From positions 1,753,510 to 1,817,509 of the forward strand of contig CAWDML010000009.1 of assembly GCA_963803435.1 (NCBI GenBank): a DNA stretch of 64,000 nucleotides, in the 5' to 3' direction. A model generated the notes under the pieces. That model was not told the DNA's origin. It saw nothing but the letters and a program-made list of their open reading frames with translations, and did no database searches. A program made the translations under genes and the position numbers. Numbering within the stretch: the first letter of the stretch is position 1; the number at the start of each line of letters is the position of its first letter. The stretch is from an uncultured delta proteobacterium. GTDB lineage: Bacteria; Myxococcota; Kuafuiibacteriia; Kuafuiibacteriales; Kuafuiibacteriaceae. Shown here piece by piece: positions 58,574 to 64,000 of this stretch.

Positions 58574-59425
58574 ATGCCCGTCGATCCGATCTCGGAGCGC
58601 CTGATCGCGCTCGCGCTCGAGGAGGACCTCGGCCCCGGCGACGTCACCTCGCTCCTCGTCCCCGCCGACGCCGACGGCCGCGCCTACCTGATGGCGAAAG
58701 CGCCGCTCGTCCTCGCCGGGCTCGACGCCTACGAGGAGGTCTACCACCAGGTCTCGAGCGCCGTGCTCGTCGAGTGGGAGCTCGCCGAAGGCACCACGGC
58801 CCACGCCGGCACCGTCCTCGCCCGCGTCCGCGGCCCTGCCCGCGACCTCCTCATCGGCGAGCGCACCGCGCTGAACCTGCTCCAGCGACTCTCGGGCATC
58901 GCCACGCTGGCGCGCCAGGCGGTCGAAGCGGTCGCCCGTGTCCCCGGCGCCAAGGCGAAGGTCGTCGACACCCGCAAGACCACCCCCGGCATGCGCGCCC
59001 TCGAGAAGGGCGCCGTCCGCGCCGGCGGCGCCCACAACCACCGCTTCGGCCTGTTCGACGGCGTCCTCATCAAGGACAACCACATCCGCGCCGCCGGCGG
59101 CGTCCTCCCCGCGATCGCGTCGGCCCGCAACACCGCCCACCACCTCCTCAAGATCGAGTGCGAGGCCGCGACCCTCGCCGAGGTCGAAGACGCCCTCACC
59201 GCCGGCGCCGACGTCATCATGCTCGACAACATGAGCCTCGACGCCATGAAGGAGGCCGTCGCCACCATCGCCGGCCGCGCCCTCGTCGAAGCCAGCGGCA
59301 ACGTCACCCTCGACCGCCTCCCCGGCATCGCCGCCACCGGCGTCGACCTCATCTCCATGGGCGCCCTCACCCACAGCGCCCCCGCCGCCGACATCTCCAT
59401 GAAGTGGGAGGACGCCACCGCATGA
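58574..59425 (+). CDS. nadC: Nicotinate-nucleotide diphosphorylase (carboxylating)
   Basis: EDLGPGDVTS, ERTALN, DTRKTTPG, LIKDNH, MLDN, EASG. Confidence 0.97.
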   Translation: MPVDPISERLIALALEEDLGPGDVTSLLVPADADGRAYLMAKAPLVLAGLDAYEEVYHQVSSAVLVEWELAEGTTAHAGTVLARVRGPARDLLIGERTALNLLQRLSGIATLARQAVEAVARVPGAKAKVVDTRKTTPGMRALEKGAVRAGGAHNHRFGLFDGVLIKDNHIRAAGGVLPAIASARNTAHHLLKIECEAATLAEVEDALTAGADVIMLDNMSLDAMKEAVATIAGRALVEASGNVTLDRLPGIAATGVDLISMGALTHSAPAADISMKWEDATA

Positions 59426-60257
59426 AGCTCGTGTCCGATACGGACCTCGCCGTCCGCGCACGCAGCTTCGACCTGCTCCCCCACCTCGACACCGAGCGCC
59501 TCGCCCGCATCGTCGAGATCCACCAGCGCCTCGACAGCACCAACGACCGCGCCGCCAAGCTCGCCCGCGAAGGCGCCGTCCACGGCATCACCGTCCTCGC
59601 CTTCGAGCAAACCGCCGGCCGCGGCCAGCGCGGCCGCACCTGGCACTCCCCACCCGGCACCGGCTTGTATGCGTCGTTCCTGATCCGCCCCACGCTCACC
59701 CCCAGGCTGGCGCCCGCGCTCACGGTGTTATCCGGCCTCGCGGTGAGGGACGCCGTGCAGAGCCTGGTCCGTACCAAGCTGGAGGTGAAGTGGCCCAACG
59801 ATCTGCTCGTCGGCGACGGCCCCCACCGCGGCAAGAAGCTCGCCGGGATCCTGGTCGAAGCGAGCACCGACAGCTTCAAGATCGACCACGCGATCATCGG
59901 CGTCGGCGTCAACCTCGACACCGTGGATCGTCCCCCAGAGCTCCGCTCGCGGGCGATCGCCCTGGAGGATCTGGGCGCGCTCGAGCGCAGCCCCGCGCTC
60001 GTGCTCGGACGGATCGCGGGCGCGCTGGAGCGCCGGCTCGATCAAGCCGCGGTGGACGGCCTGGCGCCCATCGCCCGCGATTTCACGCGGCACACGTTCC
60101 GGCGCGGTGAGCGGGTCACGATCAGCGCCGACGGCGAGCGCATCCAAGGGACGCTGACCGGGATCGCCGAGGACGGCGCGTTGATCCTGGAGACGCCCGA
60201 CGGGGCGCGGACGCTGTACCGGGGGAGCTGGTGGTCGATGAACCACCTTCGCCTTGA
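59422..60257 (+). CDS. birA: Biotin--protein ligase (no N-terminal HTH); one G missing in the run at 60221-60225
   Basis: DSTND, QTAGRGQRGRTW, KWPND, KKLAGILVE, GVGVN. Restoring one G gives YRGELVVDEPPSP*. Confidence 0.92.
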
Positions 60258-60297
60258 CACTGGCACGAGCCCCGCGCTACCGGTGGTGGCTCGCATC

Positions 60298-60370
<73 letters not shown>

Positions 60371-60395
60371 ACCTGAAAGAAAACAAGGACTTGAG

Positions 60396-60419
60396 AGGCA
60401 CCGACGAGGTGCCTTTTTT
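60396..60419 (+). terminator. Intrinsic terminator after tRNA-Ala
   Basis: AGGCACC-GACGA-GGTGCCT hairpin followed by a T tract. Confidence 0.8.
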
Positions 60420-60421
60420 GT

Positions 60422-60447
60422 GCCTGACAGCTACGCCTGACAGCTAC
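60422..60447 (+). repeat. 13-bp direct repeat x2 (GCCTGACAGCTAC)
   Basis: Perfect tandem copies at 60422-60434 and 60435-60447. Confidence 0.9.
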
Positions 60448-60485
60448 GCAGACCGATGTCCGGCCTCCAACCCGAGGAGGACATC

Positions 60486-60950
60486 ATGACCACCGTTGCG
60501 AACACGAACACGACCGTCGACACGAACCCGCTCGACCAGGCCGTCGGAGATGCGCTGCACGCGACCGTGCAGCTCCACCAGCGACTACTCGACGTCGAGG
60601 ATCGCTCACACACCGACGCGGACCGTGGGCGCGTCCAGGAAGCCCGCCACGCGCTCGCCACGGTGATCGAGACGCTGCGGAGCGTCGGGGCTGTCGCTCT
60701 CCTGGTCGCGCTCTTGGGAGGCCTCACGGCGTGCGGCGGACCGGAAGCGAGCGAGCACCTGTGCCTCGACTACGTCCAGTGCGAGGTCGACGTGCTGGTC
60801 GGCTGCGACGATCCGTCGTTCGGGCCCGACGCGTCGAGCTGTCGATGGAGCCGGCGTGCGGTGGGCTCCGGTTGGAGTGCGAAGCTTCGAACGAGGTGGC
60901 TCAGTGAGGAGCGAGGCGGAAGCGGAGTTGTGCGCACGGGCGATCGCTGA
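60486..60950 (+). CDS. Hypothetical protein (possibly a truncated fragment)
   Basis: GAGGAGG RBS before the ATG at 60486. Internal hydrophobic segment with LTAC. The 3' part looks out of register. Confidence 0.4.
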   Translation: MTTVANTNTTVDTNPLDQAVGDALHATVQLHQRLLDVEDRSHTDADRGRVQEARHALATVIETLRSVGAVALLVALLGGLTACGGPEASEHLCLDYVQCEVDVLVGCDDPSFGPDASSCRWSRRAVGSGWSAKLRTRWLSEERGGSGVVRTGDR

Positions 60951-60984
60951 GATCGTTCGACACAGAGAGGGCGAGGAGGGGTTC

Positions 60985-61371
60985 GTGATCAAGCGATTTG
61001 CAGTCTGCCTTGCGGTTATCGCTCTTACCGGATGCGCAGGCCACCAGATGAGCCCGGCTGCTCAGGCACGCGCTGCAGAAGCTGAGGGCCGACCTGCGGA
61101 ACGTCGGGCTCCCAAGGACGACCATGCGGAAGCTGTCGAGAAGGCGTCCGAGCTAGCCCGCAGCAAGAGGATGATGCTCCGCTACTGGCAGTACGGCTGT
61201 CCCGACAACGCCGAGGTTCGCAAGGTGGACGTTATCGAGCTGGGCGACACGCCCAAGGAGCGGCGCCGTAAGGGCAAGGTGTATCGCTGGGAGGTCGACT
61301 GCAAGGACAAGGGCGTGCTGCGCTGCTCCTCCGGCGCCGTAGCTACCCGCTGTGATTGGGTAGGTCGATAA
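60985..61371 (+). CDS. Small hypothetical lipoprotein
   Basis: GAGGAGG RBS, GTG start MIKRFAVCLAVIALTGC, four further Cys. Confidence 0.6.
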   Translation: MIKRFAVCLAVIALTGCAGHQMSPAAQARAAEAEGRPAERRAPKDDHAEAVEKASELARSKRMMLRYWQYGCPDNAEVRKVDVIELGDTPKERRRKGKVYRWEVDCKDKGVLRCSSGAVATRCDWVGR

Positions 61372-61508
61372 AAGGCGCAGTCCTAGCTAGCTAGGCAGCC
61401 GTATCCTTTACTTCCTCAAGCTCGCAAACGTAGGCACCTGGTGAGGAGTTTAGCGAAGACGATGCTCATTCCCCGCCCTTGTTCCTCGTGCGACTGTGAG
61501 GCGAGCGT

Positions 61509-62586
61509 ATGAAAACACTCCTGCGACTCGCGGAGAAACCGAGCGTGCCGGCAGCGACGGCAGGGTATCTCTCCGAGCTCGGCGAAGCGCGCGGCAAACA
61601 GGAGCTGTTCACCAAGCAGTCTCCGGAGAAGCTGAAGGTCCTGCGCGAGCATGCGATCATCGAGAGCTCGATCTCGTCGAACCGCATCGAAGGCGTGGAG
61701 ATCGAGCCGGCGCGCATCGCGACCGTGGTGTTCGGTGAGTCCCCTCTTCGGGATCGGAACGAGGAAGAGGTCCGCGGCTATCGAAACGCGTTGCAGCTGA
61801 TCCACGAGAAGGGCGCCGACGTCCCCGTCGATGAGCGCACGATCAAGGACCTTCATCGATTCTGCCGCGGAGACGTTTGGGACGCAGGCCTCTGCAAGGA
61901 CAAGGACAGCGACATCGTCGAGCGCTATCCGGACGGGCGCTCGCGCGTGCGTTTCAAGACGGTGACCGCGGCGGAGACGCCGGCGGCGATGACTTCGCTG
62001 ATCGAGAATGGGACGCCGGTCTCGATGAGAGGTGGGCCCTACGCTCATCTTGCTCTGTGCCTTCAACCTCGACTTCCTCTGCATCCATCCGTTCCGAGAC
62101 GGAAACGGCCGCGCGTCGAGGCTGCTGTTGCTGCTCCAGCTCTACCACCTCGGCTTCGAAGTCGGCCGCTACATCAGCCTCGAGAAGCTGATCGAAGAGA
62201 ACAAAGACCGCTACTACGAGACGCGCGAAGAGAGCTCGCGCGGCTGGCACGAGGGGCGGCACGACTTTTGGCCGTACGCGAACTACCTGCTCTCGATCCT
62301 GTCCACCGCCTACCGGAAGTTCGAGGCGCGCGTCGGCCAGATCCAGTCGCCGCGCGGAGCCAAGACCGAGCGAGTCATCGACGCGATCGGCAAGACGATC
62401 GGCCCGTTTCGTGTGGCCGAGATCCAAGATGCGTGCTCCGGCATCAGCCTCGACACGATCCGGCGCGTGCTGCGCGATCTTCGCGAGCAGGGTCGCGTCG
62501 AGTGCCTGGGCAAGGGCCAGAGCGCGATGTGGCGCAAGACCGACGCCTGGGAATTGGGGCAGGAGGAAGGCGGAACTGGGGCATGA
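61509..62586 (+). CDS. Fic-family protein with C-terminal wHTH; two single-base deletions at ~62008 and ~62037 (error or pseudogene)
   Basis: SSNRIEG inhibitory-type motif in frame 1, bridging WDAGLDERW in a second frame, HPFRDGNGRASR and ISLDTIRRVLRDL...GKG in a third. Confidence 0.8.
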
Positions 62587-62626
62587 ATTGGGGAGTGGAA
62601 CGTTTCACGCCACAGAAGACGCTTCT

Positions 62627-62980
62627 ATGAGGTTCAAGTACGAGCTGAGCGGCTTCCATGATCAGCTTTTCAGGAAGGCTCGAGCGCAGGGCCTGTCGGT
62701 GCACATCGACGCCGAAGGTTACCTCTGCGCGTCCGACGACGAGGAGATCGCGATCCAGAGCATCCGATCCGCGATCGAGGACCGCGTGTTGATCGAGCGC
62801 TGGAGCTTTCTTGCCCAAGACGCGAAGCAGTTCGCGGCGAAGCGCGACGAGCTCGACGATCGCGGTGTTCCTTATCTCGCTTTCGAATCAGATCACTCGA
62901 AGTACGGTCATCGATACGGGCTGGCGATTCGAAAGGAGTCGTCTCTTCCTCCTTCGAAGCGACCGTGGAGCAAGTCGTAG
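62627..62980 (+). CDS. Hypothetical protein (117 aa)
   Basis: ATG-initiated ORF with protein-like composition. No recognisable motif. Confidence 0.45.
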   Translation: MRFKYELSGFHDQLFRKARAQGLSVHIDAEGYLCASDDEEIAIQSIRSAIEDRVLIERWSFLAQDAKQFAAKRDELDDRGVPYLAFESDHSKYGHRYGLAIRKESSLPPSKRPWSKS

Positions 62981-62998
62981 CGGATGAACGCGGGTGCG

Positions 62999-63925
62999 CT
63001 AGTCGAACCACTGGACGTTGTACCGCCAGTCGTCGAGGCGATGGAACTCGCCACGTTCTAGGTCGGCAAGTACGGTGAACAGCGCAGGTCGTTGGTTGGT
63101 ACCGGCGCAGCAACCCCACGCGAGATATCGCCCACTGATCGAGACTGTTGGCGGGTCGGCGTAGCTGCTGTCCGTCGACGTGCGCTCGGTGTCGACGCGA
63201 AACAGGCACTTCGCTGAGCGAGCGATCAAGCTGAACCGCCAGAGCTCGTTTTCTCCGCGGAGGAAGACGAAGGCATCCTCCGACTGCCAGACCGCATGGG
63301 CCCCTCGACATCCAGAGTCGTCTCCTTCCCGGTCGAGAGATTCAGAAGACCGAGGGGAGTCGGCGCCAGAGTCTTGGTGCTGCCGGACATCAGCAGCTTC
63401 GGTCGACCCGGCGACAAGCGAAGGCGTGCGTATCGCTGCGCCGTCTGGAACGTCCGGTGGATGGTGCCGTCGAAGCTCGACTGACGGATCACGGCTTCGT
63501 CGCCGTGCCTTGGAAACAGGTACGCGAGGGCTCGCTCGGGATCGACCTCGACGTCCAGCCAGCACTCCAGCAGTCGCAACGTTCTGTCCGCCAGGTTGAG
63601 CTTGGCGATGTGAGTTCCGCCGCGGCGACCGGCATGTGCGTTGGCGTAAACAGTTCCACGTCCCGCGATCACGCGAAAGTGCAGCTCGATCGCAGAGCGC
63701 AGATCGGCGCTCACTCCGGAAAACTCGTCGAGGTCGGCGAGCACGGTCTTGGCTCCATCGCGGGAGATCGCATGGAAGCGGCGGCGATCGGTCACGATGA
63801 CGGACTTCCGATCTCGAGACAGCGCGCTCGCTGTTCGAACAGCGCCCATCCGAAAAGAGCTCCAACATCGGTTTCGACGGTCCGTCGTGCGACGGATCCA
63901 ACAGGCAAACGGAAGAGCCTTGCAC
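62999..63925 (-). pseudogene. Frameshifted hypothetical protein, TolB/beta-propeller-like
   Basis: ORF 63226..63849 (LSPGRPKLL, LLNLSTGKET) joins the C-terminus of 62999..63925 (AVWQSED, SISGRYLAW) at a G run near 63300. Confidence 0.35.
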
Positions 63926-64000
63926 GACCAGGATCGGTCCAGCTGCGAGCTGCTCGACCCTGCGCCACTTCGTCTCGGGCTCGGGTGCGTATTTCGCCGA

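Larger units (their letters stand above)
60371..64000. mobile_element. Probable tRNA-Ala-anchored genomic island (left part)
   Basis: Starts at the tRNA 3' end. Att-like repeats, a visible shift to lower GC3 and orphan ORFs, and a Fic gene. No integrase within the window. Confidence 0.55.

Noticed and set aside
60371-64000. Prophage or named defence system
   Set aside because: No phage structural, integrase or recognisable defence genes in the visible part.

Overview
High-GC DNA that looks like a myxobacterium (Myxococcota). It carries many TPR proteins, Cys-rich lipoproteins, outer-membrane barrels and FHA-domain sigma54 activators. All family calls come from motifs read by eye; no searches were run. 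1-22 kb is a cell-envelope cluster: GltC/GltD-like TPR proteins, several lipoproteins, MtsF- and MtsD/CglD-like proteins (vWA plus thrombospondin-3 repeats), a split ABCG-type exporter, an FHA-sigma54 activator and a GldA/GldF-GldG/DUF4340 ABC system. 22-36 kb is mostly housekeeping (eno, SDR, glpX, thioesterase, hom, recG, greA, hppA, psd), plus an orphan PIMT-like methyltransferase and a histone-H1-like/peroxiredoxin fusion. 36-48 kb is a minus-strand run of three beta-barrels, lipoproteins, an FHA-GAF-sigma54 activator and an ECF sigma factor, which has a candidate sigma54 promoter and three dyad sites upstream. 48-60 kb has M16 and S8 proteases, a degenerate FHA-AAA activator, an NtrC-type regulator, nadC and birA. 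tRNA-Ala(GGC) at 60298-60370 borders a probable genomic island containing a Fic gene. Several genes carry single-base frameshifts. Five fall in or next to GATC, which suggests long-read basecalling errors at a methylated GATC motif rather than true pseudogenes.
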